In this document: positions 11,353 to 23,473 of the stretch, piece after piece
Numbering within the stretch: the first letter of the stretch is position 1
How the letters are laid out: each line of letters begins with the position of its first letter
NCBI GenBank assembly: GCA_937625935.1
Contig: OW569362.1
Span: 186,001-250,000, forward strand
DNA length: 64,000 nucleotides
Source: Tetramitus jugosus
Taxonomy: Eukaryota; Protista; Heterolobosea
Direction: 5' to 3'
Made by a program: the position numbers and the translations under genes
The notes under the pieces: generated by a model
What the model was told of the DNA's origin: nothing
The model's database searches: none
Seen by the model: only the letters and a program-made list of their open reading frames with translations

Positions 11353-12651
11353 ATGTCCCAACGAATCTCTGGGCACTCACCCAGCACACCAACGACCACG
11401 ATCGACCCTACACCAACCCAGTCGTCATCCCAAGACTCCACATCTCCCTCTTCGTCTTTCACACTTGTTCTGCCAACTGCACAAACTCCCACCACTGGTG
11501 CAACTCAAACTGTTTCAATGGAGGAGAGATATAGAGCAAGTATTGTGTTGGCTGCCGTAGGAGATGCAATTGGTTACAACAATGGCTCCTACGAGTTCAA
11601 CACGGACACACAAACTATTCATTCTCATGTTCAGTCTACCTATGGCGGTGTTCCGAACATTCAGATCAGAGGATGGCGAGTAAGTGATGATACTGTGATG
11701 CACTTGGCTACCATGAGAGCATTGGTGAGTTCTTTGTCTCAACAACAACAACTTCAGAGTATAGCCAATGATGATGAGGCAACAACGATCCATCGCATCA
11801 TGACTCACATGGCACAAGAGTACATTGATTGTTGGGATGACATGGGTGGTAGAGCACCTGGTGCCACTTGTGGTTCAGGTGTGCGATACTTGCAGCGCGC
11901 AGGTACAAATCAATGGCACACGGTTCCATTCTCTTCGTTTGGAGGTGGTTGTGGTGCGTCAATGAGAGCACAGGCCATTGGCCTTCAGTTCCATGGGGAG
12001 CAGTGGAGAGACATGTTGGTTGCCATCGGTATTGAATCTGGTCGATTAACCCACAATCATCCCACAGGATTCATGGGCAGTATGGTGTCTGCCGCGTTCA
12101 CAGCATTTGCAATTGAAGGCATACCTGTGAATCAATGGGGCTACCATCTGATGAATGATCTCATCCCGAGAGCCATGAGATATTTGCAGAGGGCCAACGG
12201 TGGTAGAGACTGGACTGAAAATCGATCTGCCATCAAAAACTTTATCAATGCATGGCAAAAGATGTTAGAGGCAAGAGGATTGACCGAATTGAACAACTCT
12301 GGTCCTAGATTCCCTGATCCTTATGGCATTGATGAGAGAGATGAGTTTTATCATCAATTTGCATTCCGGGGTTGGCCTGGAGCATCTGGTGATGATTCAG
12401 TCATCATTGCATATGATGCACTGTTGGGTGCAGGTAACAATTGGGAGGAGTTGATGTTGAGAGGTGCACTCCATGGTGGTGACAGTGATTCCACGGGAAC
12501 AATTGCTGCTGCGTGGTTTGGTGCTCTGTACGGATTCCATGGAGTTTCCGCCTCCAACTACGAACAGATTGAAAAGAGAGAAGAGCTAGACCAATTGTCA
12601 AAGCAAATCTACCAATCCTACTACCGCGAAGATGACCACACTTCCGATTAG
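11353..12651 (+). CDS. ADPRH: ADP-ribosylarginine hydrolase (ARH1-type ADP-ribosylglycohydrolase)
   Basis: GDAIG, SDDTVMHLAT, DMGGRAPG, GGGCGASMR, THNHPTG and GGDSDSTG motifs. Confidence 0.85.
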   Translation: MSQRISGHSPSTPTTTIDPTPTQSSSQDSTSPSSSFTLVLPTAQTPTTGATQTVSMEERYRASIVLAAVGDAIGYNNGSYEFNTDTQTIHSHVQSTYGGVPNIQIRGWRVSDDTVMHLATMRALVSSLSQQQQLQSIANDDEATTIHRIMTHMAQEYIDCWDDMGGRAPGATCGSGVRYLQRAGTNQWHTVPFSSFGGGCGASMRAQAIGLQFHGEQWRDMLVAIGIESGRLTHNHPTGFMGSMVSAAFTAFAIEGIPVNQWGYHLMNDLIPRAMRYLQRANGGRDWTENRSAIKNFINAWQKMLEARGLTELNNSGPRFPDPYGIDERDEFYHQFAFRGWPGASGDDSVIIAYDALLGAGNNWEELMLRGALHGGDSDSTGTIAAAWFGALYGFHGVSASNYEQIEKREELDQLSKQIYQSYYREDDHTSD

Positions 12652-12906
12652 TTGGTATCATCATTCACACATGCATACTTGTATTCAACCTTGATCTTCC
12701 AGTCATTCAGAATCGGATTGTGAACCGCGAGGTCAACTTTGTTATCTCTCTAAAAATAAAAAGGGACCAACTTTTTCATGCAAGTTTGTTTTTGCGAACA
12801 ACAAGTCACTTCTCAACACCAACAACAACAACAATATTCGCAAATCAACACTCATCATAGCACACTACTGGCTGATCCTTTCGAGACAACAACAAATCAA
12901 AGCAAC

Positions 12907-14135
12907 ATGACATCTCAGACGTCATCATCATCAACAACAGTAGCACCTACAACAACAACAACAACAACAACAACAACTGTCAATGCAAACCCAACAACAA
13001 CAACAAACTCTACTCAACAACAACAACAACAACAACAACAATGGCTCTTCCAAAAATTTGTAACCAAGGGCAATGACAGCACCATTGGCTTCATGTTTTG
13101 TGGTGGTGTCAGTGGTACAGTCTCCCGAACAGTTGCTGCACCGTTCGAGCGACTCAAGATTCTGTTTCAAGTGCAAGACGTTGGCTATCACACATCGGCC
13201 AGTCATGGCGTGACTGCAAGTGATGCACTCATGGGAACAAGGTACAATGGTATCGTATCTGGACTGGTGAGAATCTATAGAGATGACGGGTTCTGGGGAT
13301 TTTTCGTTGGTAATGGAACGAATTGTGTTCGTGTCATACCCTACACGGCTGCTCAATTTGTGAGCTATGAAAAATTTAAGGTGTGGATGGTTCAGAGATC
13401 GAGAGATGGTAAAACTCTGAGCACAGTCGATCGATTGATATGTGGTGGATTGGCTGGTATGACCAGTGTGTTGGTTTCTTATCCATTGGATGTTGTTCGA
13501 TGCAGATTGAGTGCTCAGAATGATGCTACGACAAAGGTTTATTCCGGTATTTGGAATTGTTTAAAGTTGACATATCAACAGGAAGGTACTCGAGGTCTCT
13601 ACAGAGGCCTCATACCGACACTGTTGGGTATTGCGCCCTATGTTGCCATCAATTTTACTACTTATGAATATTTGAAAACAACAACGATAAAATACAAGCA
13701 GACGAGCGATTTAGGAGTGATCACTAAATTGGGATTGGGAGCAATGAGCGGAACATTTGCACAGACAAGTATGTTTTATGATTTGTGTTTTGATTTCAAA
13801 TGATGAATCTTGAAGTTTCTTTGATTATTGGTATGTTTGTTCGAACAAGCACTCACAATATCCATTCTCTTTGACGATTGAATTTTGAAGTTACATATCC
13901 ATTGGATGTTGTGAGACGTAGGATGCAGATGCAAGGTGTTGGAGGAAGACCTGTCGAATACACATCAATCATGGAAGGATTTAGGAGAGTATATGTGAAG
14001 TATGGGTTTAAAGGATTCTACAAGGGATTGATACCAAATTATATGAAGGTTGTGCCTGTTGTTTCCATCAATTTTGTCGTTTACGAGTATATGAAGAAGC
14101 TACTCGGTCTGGCTAGAGCAGGAGGTGAAGTCTAA
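12907..14135 (+). CDS. Mitochondrial carrier (SLC25A42/Leu5/ADNT1-like CoA or adenine nucleotide carrier), 2 exons; intron 13769-13890
   Basis: Three PX[DE]XX[KR] signatures (PFERLK, PLDVVR, PLDVVR) and GNGTNCVRVIPY. Splicing GTATGT...GAAG joins the two ORFs in frame. Start is ATG 12907 or 12778. Confidence 0.9.
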
Positions 14136-14160
14136 GCGTATTCTAATAACAAAAAGGCTT

Positions 14161-15459
14161 TTATTTTGTATTTGTCTTTTGCTGTTTAGCCGTCCGTTGT
14201 ATAGCATGTCTTTCCGCGCCTAGTTCCACTTGCTCAAACTTTTTCTTCTCATTCATCAGCCTATCTTGACCCAATAGTTGTTGTTCGCGCAAACGTTCGG
14301 ATGATTCCTTGGCAAGCCTCCTCATCTCTTTCCGTTTCTTCTCACGTTCTTTCTCAAGTTTTTCTTGTGTAATGAGAGCCTTCTCATTCATAAGTGTATT
14401 CGCTACAAGTTTTGAAGACGCTTCTAGTTTCTTCTTTTCCAATCTCCTGTTTATCCTGTCTGCTTTGGCTAAATTTCTAAATTCAGCTATTTTCCTAGCT
14501 TTTTGAAGGAGTTCTAACTCCCTTTCTTTCTTTTGTTCAATAATCTCCTTGTTTTTTGCTTCCCTCTCCTCCTCTTTTCTCTTTTTCATATAGTTTAATC
14601 GTTCTTGAAGTTCAAGAAATGACATTTCCGTAAGTAATCCGTGAGAAGGTACTTCTGTGGGATCAAACAGTTTGATATCGACAGATGGGACAGTTTCCAT
14701 TGCTCTTATTTGCAATATCAGTTCCTCTTTCCTTTGTCTCTCTATTTCAATTCTCTCGGCAACGAGAGTTTCATTTTGTATCCTCTCTTCTCTTAATTTC
14801 CCAGCATTCTCGGCCTTCTTTTGAGAATAATTCTTTTTCGCTTTATCAACATTCTCGACAAGTGATTTAGATTGTTCTTTTGCTTTCTTCTCCATCAATA
14901 CCTTCTCATTCTTTCTCTCTTTCTCAACAACAAGAAGCTCTTTCTCTGTTTTCTGTTTATATTTATGAACTATTTCTTCATTTCTTTTCTGTTGTTCTTT
15001 CCTTGCCTTTCTCGCTCGAAGATCTGTGTCTCGTATATCTTGTTTAACTTTCTCAATCTGAACTATCCTCTCCCTGTCTTCTTTTTCTTTCACTTGCTCA
15101 AAATACTTTTGATTCTCTGACGCATCTCTCAATTCCATTTCGTATCGATTTAACAATGCAGCCTCCTGTTCCTGCTTCCTTCGATACAGAGCTTCTTCTC
15201 TCAGTATAGTTGCAGCTGTTAGTTTCACATCTGCAGGTTTATTGAGAAGCTTTTGAACGAGCTTGATATCTTTCGATCTAACTTTCTTCCGTTCCAGTTC
15301 TTCTTCAGCTTCCCTTTGTTCTCTCTCGATTTTAGCTTTGAATTCAACTTCCGATAACTCCTTTCTCTTTTGTATTGATTGGAACGGAATTGATACGTTC
15401 GCCATCATTTTCTTCTTGTTTCCCTCGATTGTAGTCTGAGCATTTGGTTCTCGAAGCAT
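14161..15459 (-). CDS. CFAP99: Cilia- and flagella-associated protein 99-like coiled-coil protein
   Basis: VKLTAATILREEALY and FDPT...HGLLTEMSFLELQERL blocks match CFAP99; E/K-rich coiled coil. Confidence 0.7.
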   Translation of the reverse strand: MLREPNAQTTIEGNKKKMMANVSIPFQSIQKRKELSEVEFKAKIEREQREAEEELERKKVRSKDIKLVQKLLNKPADVKLTAATILREEALYRRKQEQEAALLNRYEMELRDASENQKYFEQVKEKEDRERIVQIEKVKQDIRDTDLRARKARKEQQKRNEEIVHKYKQKTEKELLVVEKERKNEKVLMEKKAKEQSKSLVENVDKAKKNYSQKKAENAGKLREERIQNETLVAERIEIERQRKEELILQIRAMETVPSVDIKLFDPTEVPSHGLLTEMSFLELQERLNYMKKRKEEEREAKNKEIIEQKKERELELLQKARKIAEFRNLAKADRINRRLEKKKLEASSKLVANTLMNEKALITQEKLEKEREKKRKEMRRLAKESSERLREQQLLGQDRLMNEKKKFEQVELGAERHAIQRTAKQQKTNTK

Positions 15460-15530
15460 CACTTCCGTTACACCGACAAGGAAAAATCTTCCCGATACTC
15501 TCTACGGGAAAAGACACTCAAAAGAAGTCA

Positions 15531-17068
15531 ATGTGCTTAGCTTCATCCAGTTTTGGATTAGCAAGACGAACAGAGAGGAGAGATTGTAGTTTACAATGGC
15601 CACTTGATCCCTTTCAATTACTTGCATGTCTTGGAATCTTCTTCGTCTACATCGAGTTCCCTATTTTTACTGCCACGATAGTGCATATCCACGCAATTGC
15701 ACCTCTATGCTTAGTAAGTATCGGAGATTTTGAATCAATCATGACATACTTCCAAGTTAACCCTTTCCAGATATATTTAGGGATGGCAGTGATTAATTTT
15801 GTCACACTGGCTTTACTAGCTCTTAAAAACTCCATCGATCCTCAGGTATTGAAAACTGAAAACCTGAGACCTGAAGAAAAACTATCCATTGATGTAACTC
15901 AGTTTCTATTTTGTAGTCATTGTAATTCCCATGTGTATGTTCGTCGAGAAGATAGGATTGGTCACAAACTGGCATAAATCTAACTTCAACATTTTGTTTT
16001 ACTACAGAGACAGAACCAGTAAACACTGTAAACTTTGTAACAAATGTGTCCCGAATTTTGATCATCATTGCAGATGGCTAAATGTGTGTATCGGGAAAGG
16101 CAATTATCGTGCCTTCTTCGTTTTTCTGCACAACTTGTACTGGACATTGGTGTATAGTGTTCTTGTGAAACTCTATTTAGTAATAGACTGCATCGTTGAG
16201 AAAACAGTATTTGATTCAAGAGGTATGATTTCCTGTTACTTGTATGCAACTGACAAAATCTAAATTCAGTATCAGTGAGGGCAGTGTTTGCATTTTCTAA
16301 ATGGTACGCTCATCTCCCGATACTCATTGTGTTTGGGATTGTCTTAGTTTTAGGGATTCTGGCGTTATCTCAGCTCTACTTCCTTCATATCCGATTGAGT
16401 ATGTCATCTGTACAATTGATACACTGTGTTACACTTCTCTAAACCTTGTCCTTCTATCAGAATTTATGAATATGACCACCTATCAATACGTTCTTCATCA
16501 GAGGAAGAAAATTGAAGAAAACAAAACCAAACCAAAGATCGGATTCTGTGTCAGCCAGAATAAGATTGTTGACTATCAGCCAGGAGACAATCAGTTAGAG
16601 AGTGAAGAAAACGAGCCTCATAAGAAGCAGCAGTACTCCTTCAAGATTAATATCTCCTCTCTGAACGGTAATACTCCAGATTGCTCAAAGGAAAGGACAT
16701 CCTCAGATGAACAAAGTGGATGCTATATACAAGTCACTACTGCCAGAATTTCGGCTGTAAAACGAGAACCTCCTCCGAATTTAAATTTGAGAGATGATCC
16801 AAGAGAAACCAAGTCTCAACTCTACACAAACTCGATACATGCTCAGTCGCTTGAGTCTTTCTTCTCTCACAATAACAATGCCTCAGACTCCGCAGGGGTG
16901 CGACGCTTCAATACTGAACAGTTCAAGCAAACGAGAAGAAACTCAAGCGTCCTTCAACCATCCAGCTCTTTTTCTTGTGTATCCTTTGATATTGAAGAGA
17001 CAGGTTTGGATTCCTTTGGAGTGGATCTCTCTGACGCAAGTTCGACCATCTCGGCACAAGGGGACTAA
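15531..17068 (+). CDS. DHHC palmitoyltransferase, 4 exons; introns 15935-16007, 16223-16269, 16399-16460
   Basis: The spliced product gives [43 protein letters not shown] helices and the TTY motif. All three introns are GT-AG and frame-preserving. Confidence 0.88.
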
Positions 17069-17069
17069 C

Positions 17070-17081
17070 TTGGCGCCAAAA
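17070..17081. promoter_or_regulatory. E2F-like site TTGGCGCCAAAA upstream of RIF1
   Basis: Matches TTTSSCGC on the minus strand and sits in the 43-bp gap before the RIF1 ATG. Confidence 0.4.
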
Positions 17082-17111
17082 TTTGACAGTTACATCGGAA
17101 AAAACAAAAAC

Positions 17112-20100
17112 ATGAAAGAACCAAAGCAAGTCATTGATCAGCTTTTGTCGGTTCTCGCATCCTATGACACAAATGTACAAAAGAGACAGAATTCCTATCA
17201 AGAGCTATTTGGTGTACTGAGAGAGAATGTGGAAGAAGTCAACATTGCTCATCATGTCGGACAAAATTTGTGGAAGTGCTTACAGATCCTGACAGTAGAC
17301 ATTACTAACTCTGATCAGAGTAATCCATGCCTCCAAAAGGCGTTTACGATCTTGAGCTTCTTGGTGCACAATCCTATCATTTGTCCCATGTTCTCACCAA
17401 CTCAAGTGAAACAATTCTTCTCATTACTATTTAATAAGATCAATGCCGATAAGAGGTCATGTGTTTTAGCTGTATGGTGTCTAGGTGCTCAGCAATTTCA
17501 GGCGAGTCAGCTCGCACCCTATCTGCGCCAAATATTTGAGTCATTAAACCTGGCTTTGAAGAATCCATTCCACTCCCAAAACGCTGTTTCCGAAGTTATC
17601 AAAACCCTCTCCAATTTATTCAATCGCATATCTGAGGATGACATCTTGAAATATTCAGAATATTGGATGATTGAGATTATGAAGAATGCTCTCAATCCCC
17701 AACTACCGTATGTTCTTACACTCTACTCCCGTTGTAGTTATACTTAGTATAATGTACTAAACTTTCAAAAGAGCTCATGAAAAAGCAAAACAATTTATGG
17801 ATTCTAATGCAACGATTCAAAAGTTATTACTGTTGGATGAAGAGGGAGACAAAACAAGAACAAAGCTACCCTCCTCCCTCGTCTCAAAGCTTGCTCCCAT
17901 CGCGAGTGATCTTTCAGAACATACCTCTTTTACTGTCTGGAAACTTGTATGCGCAATTGCAATCCCCTCTGATATCAGTACGAGTAATGTAAATTTACTA
18001 GCGCAACTATGGAGAAGATACTATGTTCATGATATCATTACAGCTATGGATGCCTGGAGATACATCATTCAGGGATTATCCCCAAATCTCAACAAATCTA
18101 GGATCAACTTTTTACTCAAACCCATTTCTAATATCTTCGATAAGCACTCAGAGGATGGTGCTATTGTCTCTGTCACATTTAAAGTTTGGGCATTTCTAAT
18201 GAATCAGATAGTGAAGAGTTGTAAGAATCCCTCTGAAGGGGTTGGCTTTGCCTTAAATAGTATAATTGCATCTTTTAACAAGATCAGTACTCATATCGTA
18301 CAAAATTTTGTGCATACTATCACAGACATACCTAAGGATGTGCTTGCTCAACATTGGAGAGTTCTCTCTGATCTGAATGATGACTTTGTAACACGCGCGC
18401 TCATAGAGAGAATACTTTATTTGGGTTTTGATTCCCAATTTAGTGTAAGTATTATGTTTTGATCTTATGTGTGAGTAGTATAATAACGTCTTTCTTCAGG
18501 ACTACTTGTCGGAGTGTGTGACCAAACTTCAACATAAGGATGATGAAAAGTTGTGGCTAACCATTTGCAAGGCAGTGAACAAATTGCTCTCGACCGATCC
18601 TCTGCAACTTATTCCACATACAACTCCCTCAAACTCTAAACTTAACATTCAACCACTTTGCTGCACGATAGAGCATCTACTACTTCACCCACTCAAAACA
18701 GGGGGTTCTCAGTATACAATCCAGGAAAATATTTACGTATGGAAGCAATTATTGACGAATACCGGTCGGTTATTGCGTCACTATAACTCTCCACCTATTC
18801 ACTATCCAGATAGTGAAACTACAATGAAACTTCCTATCGCACATGTAGATAACTTGCTTGACGAGCTGGCTCCGCATCTAAAGTATATGATAGCTCTCTC
18901 AGATTCTGATAATGAGATACCTAGTGAGATGATCGCGACATATCTTGGATACATACTCGATGAATTAAACAAGGAGTCTAAACTAATGATCGAAAATAGA
19001 GGAAGTGTGGCTGAATCTGTATTTTCGAATATTTACGAGATTTGGCTACTCCTCATTGAAAGAAATACATCGATAGCATTGATTGTTGACTACTGTCACA
19101 AAACTTCGAAGTGGAGTGGTTTTGCTCGGTTTTTGCAAAAAGTTGCAGTGCTTCCCCATCATACAGATCAATTTGCTCAGTTCTGGGAAATAATTCTGCA
19201 GAACTACAATTTTGACATCTTGGCAGCTGGATTTCAATCCACATCGGGTCTTATCAAAGAAAAAACTACTAAGTGGTACACTCGTGAATCGGGCACTTGG
19301 ACCATTCCCACAGATGATCAACAAAAACTTCATGCAATAATGCCATCGGTTGTGCCAAATCCTAGTCGTACTCAGTCAGCCAATGTTCAACCCAAACAAA
19401 CAAGATTCATACTGAGTGATACTTCCCCTGTACCTATATCGCCCACGACACCTTCTGACCCAAACCATGACAGCTTACTCAGTATCGATGATAGTCCCAT
19501 GGTTGATGTTGTTCCACTCTTGAACTCGCCAATGCTACTGAAATCTGCAACTAAGAAGATGTTGGGTGAAAAGAAGCGACATCTACCTGATGAACCACCA
19601 AACCGAGAGTCCACCGTAAAGAAACGGAAGTTGTCGAAATCACAATACGTAATAATTGAGGGAGAAGATTTGCAGGAGCCAAATATTTACGAACCCGATA
19701 TAGAAAAGCGGCGAGAACAACGGCTGCTATTCACCGAATTTAATCCAACCCTTCCCAGCCTTGATCCTTCAACGCCTGTAGAAAAGAGTCAGACGGGTAC
19801 AACCATCTCTCATCCGACCGAGGGCAAAGAGGAAGTGGAATCACTCTTTAGCGACCTAAACACAGGGTGCACTCCTGCAAAATCAGTACCTCCAGATTCT
19901 CCAGTTGCCTGTCTATCTGTTCTTCAACCAAAACTGCTCTTTGAGCAAGAAACTGATAACAACGAAAAGGTTGATACCACCGAAGAGAAATTAAGTCAAG
20001 CTCTGATTGAAATCGAAGTAGCTGATGTCTTGAAGACGATACGAGCAGCTAAAAGCAGATTCAAAATCTTGGAAAATGCTTCTTCAACAACCAAGGCATC

Positions 20101-20188
20101 GTTGCAAGCCAATCTCCTCAAAATTCAAAGAGAGGCATTAGATCTAGCCATTTCATGTAATCAACACATTGAAGAGTCAAATTTGTAA
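17112..20188 (+). CDS. RIF1: RIF1-like replication timing / telomere-associated HEAT-repeat protein (~985 aa), 3 exons; introns 17708-17771, 18445-18499
   Basis: KRSCVLAVWCLGAQQF...LNLALKNPFHS..AVSE and AMDAWRY...INFLLKPI blocks resemble the Rif1 N-terminal domain. Two GT-AG introns join three ORFs in frame. The tail is S/T-P-rich. Confidence 0.65.
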
Positions 20189-20224
20189 TAATAATTCTTC
20201 TTGACAATATTCTCTTGTGGAACT

Positions 20225-21860
20225 TTACTGTTTGAATGCTTCTTGTGGTAAGGTAGCCCTGACAGATTGGAATAAATTGAAAGCACCATTAGGATCCCAG
20301 TTAGCTGACGCTAGACATTTTAGGGAATAATCCATGTTCATTCCGGTGTGATTGGATAGAGCTTGAACAAGAGACATTTGTTGACTCGTCAACGAAGGTG
20401 TGCTAGGGGCATTCGTACTTGTAGATGCAGGTGAGCTAGGAGAAACGGTAGAAGCACCCGTAACAAATTGCTGCAAATTGAGTTCGCTCATTGGTCGAAT
20501 GTGCAATTGATCATTCAGGATAGTCAGTGGCCATCCAGCTTGTTGAGAGGCAGGTGTTGGGGGAGACAATACAAATACTCTATCATAAGATCGATTGAAT
20601 CCATTGCTCTTCGCAGCACCATGGATGGTCACAAGTAATGATATTTGAGTATTGTTTGGAATTTGAATTTGCACACAGTCGGCAACAGCAGCTGATAAAT
20701 CATGTTGTGTCTGTGGTAACAATGCAATGACTCTGGCTATACTTGCTCCTCCCTTTGCAATCAGGTTGTTAGCAGTCGAAGGACTAATACGATTCAAATT
20801 TCTTGAACTGCTCACGGAATTTGCCAAATCGTTCTTTGAGTTCTCTGGCTCTGGTTGAATGGACCATTGTCCAACTCCTACTGTAAATGTAAAGCAGGCC
20901 GTGTCGCTGTATGCTGCGGCCAAGGAGGCTCTGTTCCTATCATATGCATCAAAGAATCTATTCATGTTTGAAAAAAACGGCATTCAACCTTTGGTTAGTC
21001 TACAGTCTGCTTACACGTGCAAGAAATGACAAAAAAAACTGCGCTCTCGTGATTCCTCTCCACGCTCACTCATTCACTCACTCACACACATCAACATACT
21101 TTACCACAAATTGATTCACCATGTTTGCATAGGTCGGATCACTGAAATAGGAATTTGGATTCACAGGTGGCAAGTTTGTACTTGCGGCAGCACTGGGCAC
21201 AACAGCCATCGCAGGCAATGCAGTGTCATCCAACAGAGTCAACGTTGGTATTCTTGATTTCACCTCTTGGAACACTTGTTGATTTAAGTCGTTGTACATG
21301 GGATTGCCTCTCAGAATCATCTCTCTCAATTGAAGTGTCTTAATGTGATCCAATTCAGAGAAACTGGCCAATTGATTGTTTGCCAGTGATAGATTCTTGA
21401 GACATCGTATGTTTGACAGCATTGGTCCCACAGAAGCCAACGTTCTCAACTGGTTATTACTCAAATCAATCGTCTGTATGTTGTCACTGATCAAATGCTG
21501 AGTAAATGATTGGAAAAAGTACTTTGCTGATTTTTCATGATTCAAATCGAATCGTTGCAAAAATGAATTGATCTCAGGATCGCTCACCACACCAGACAGA
21601 GACAAAAATTTGGCGGCAGAGTTGTATCGTTTGGCGACATATTGATTGACTTGATCTTTTGGATAGCCACCTCCGCCGCCACCACCACCGCCACCAAAAC
21701 CACCACCTCCGCCGCCACCAGAGTGTCCACCACGAGAGAAACCTCCACGACCACCTCCTCTACCGCCTCTTCCACCACCTCTGCCTCTGAAATTACCACC
21801 ACCACCACCACTACTACCACTGCCACCACCACCACCTGAGAAAGCGTTATTAAACTGCAT
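20225..21860 (-). CDS. NXF1: Nuclear mRNA export factor NXF1/Mex67 (RGG, LRR, NTF2-like, TAP-C/UBA), 2 exons; intron 20958-21099
   Basis: LRRs (IDLSNNQL, LSLANNQL, LRGNP), NTF2-like FFDAYD..R..L..Y / LPQTQHD / ILNDQLHIR, and TAP-C TGMN.DYS.KCL..ANWD...LPQEAF. Confidence 0.9.
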
Positions 21861-22042
21861 TTGATTGTTGTTTTTTGTTGTTCGTTTTTTTTGTTGTTGA
21901 TCTCGTTTTGTTGCGATTTTTTGTCTCTCTTGTTTTTCAAGAAGAAATGTTCTTTTTGCGCCGCCGTCGGGCAAAGTGACAATTTACTATTTACCGCGCT
22001 CTTCTCATAGCGAGTCATTTATTTATGTGTGAGAAGAAGAAT

Positions 22043-23302
22043 TCAAGCGTCAAAGTCTGATTCATCAGAGCTGTCAGAATGTCTTCTCGTTGGATAAGAG
22101 GGGCATTCTGGTACGGTTTGCTTGGCCATCCGTGCATGAGTCTTCACATCGTCGAGGCACATTTCAATCCTTGCTAGATCCATCTCGTATTCTGAATCAT
22201 CAACAGGTTCTTGCTGTTGTCTTGCTGTTAGAACCAACCTGGCTGCATAGAGGTTGTTAATTGCCTCTGTGAATTGTGTTTTTGAAGCAAGACAAATGGC
22301 TCTTGTGAACAGTATCTTGTGTGAAAGATAACCACCAGCCTTCATTGCCTTTGTTAAATCATCGAGTGCTTGATCAATGGACCAATTTACACCATTCTGT
22401 CGCTCATTATCACTGATATCGGGCCGACTTCTGTTTTCAAGAATAGCCTTTGCTCTTAGATAATAAGCTTGAGGATCATGGCATCCATTCTGTATCGTCA
22501 TTGTGCAATCATTCATCATCTCTCCCAACTCTGTTGCTGATTTTGCACCAACCATGTCTCTTGCCTCTGCTCTTCTCAAGTAGGCCAATGGTTGAGTAGG
22601 ATTCAATTCAATCGCTGTGTTGAGATACACAAAGCACAAATCAGCCTTCTTCAGACTCAGCAAATAAGCAGCATAAGAGTAGTAAGACCTTGCATCATAT
22701 GGACTCAACTGCATCGCTCTCTGAAAGTCACTGTGTATCTCAAGCAAATCTCTCTGCTCCTCCAAGCTCTTGCACATTGCTCGATTCAAATAAGCTCTCG
22801 ATTCAGCCAGCTTTGTCCTCTCCGAAATGCCATCTCTCAATCGATCACTCAACGTAAGTCTCAAGAGTGTGTTGTTGATCATACCGCACACATCAATTGC
22901 TCTCGTACACTTTTGAGCTCCATCACGAAATTCGTCCTCCTCCAAACACTCTTCACCCTGCTCCACCAAATCTAATGCACTCTGAGTGAGACGCTCCAGA
23001 TCCGAATATGACAAGTCACCCACTGCTTGACGCGTTTTTTCAATGTCTCTCTTGTGTTGTTCGTACGCTTGTTGCTGTTCAAAGTTGTTGTGTGGTTGTA
23101 GATGCTGCTGATGCTGCTGCATGAAGTGATCATCATGATGACTATTGTTGTTATGATTCATGAGAAAGATAGAATGATGATACGATTGTTGTTGTGTGGT
23201 GGACAGTAGCAGGTGTGGTGCTTGAGAAGAAACGATTCTGAGTGATGAAAGAGTGGCTCTTCTTTTTGCGAAGGTGGCACTATGAAGCATTTGACGCAGC
23301 AT
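22043..23302 (-). CDS. TPR-repeat protein with probable mitochondrial presequence
   Basis: TPR motifs (AYLNRA, AIELNP..LAYLRRA, AYYLRA); R/S/L-rich N-terminus lacking acidic residues. Confidence 0.7.
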   Translation of the reverse strand: MLRQMLHSATFAKRRATLSSLRIVSSQAPHLLLSTTQQQSYHHSIFLMNHNNNSHHDDHFMQQHQQHLQPHNNFEQQQAYEQHKRDIEKTRQAVGDLSYSDLERLTQSALDLVEQGEECLEEDEFRDGAQKCTRAIDVCGMINNTLLRLTLSDRLRDGISERTKLAESRAYLNRAMCKSLEEQRDLLEIHSDFQRAMQLSPYDARSYYSYAAYLLSLKKADLCFVYLNTAIELNPTQPLAYLRRAEARDMVGAKSATELGEMMNDCTMTIQNGCHDPQAYYLRAKAILENRSRPDISDNERQNGVNWSIDQALDDLTKAMKAGGYLSHKILFTRAICLASKTQFTEAINNLYAARLVLTARQQQEPVDDSEYEMDLARIEMCLDDVKTHARMAKQTVPECPSYPTRRHSDSSDESDFDA

Positions 23303-23473
23303 TGTTGACTTGTTTGTTGAAATGTGGCTGTTTTGTTTCTTGTGTGGTTGTTGTTTGATGCTTGCTCAAAATTTTACCGGCTTCGTTGAAGTGTGAAAAA
23401 TATTCCACATTTATTTTGTTCTTATTATTGGTTAGGTATGTTGTTAGGTATGATGTGATAGAATTACATGATT

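Noticed and set aside
16794-17111. N-terminal extension of the RIF1 ORF
   Set aside because: It overlaps the last DHHC exon in another frame; ATG 17112 after an A-rich leader is more plausible.
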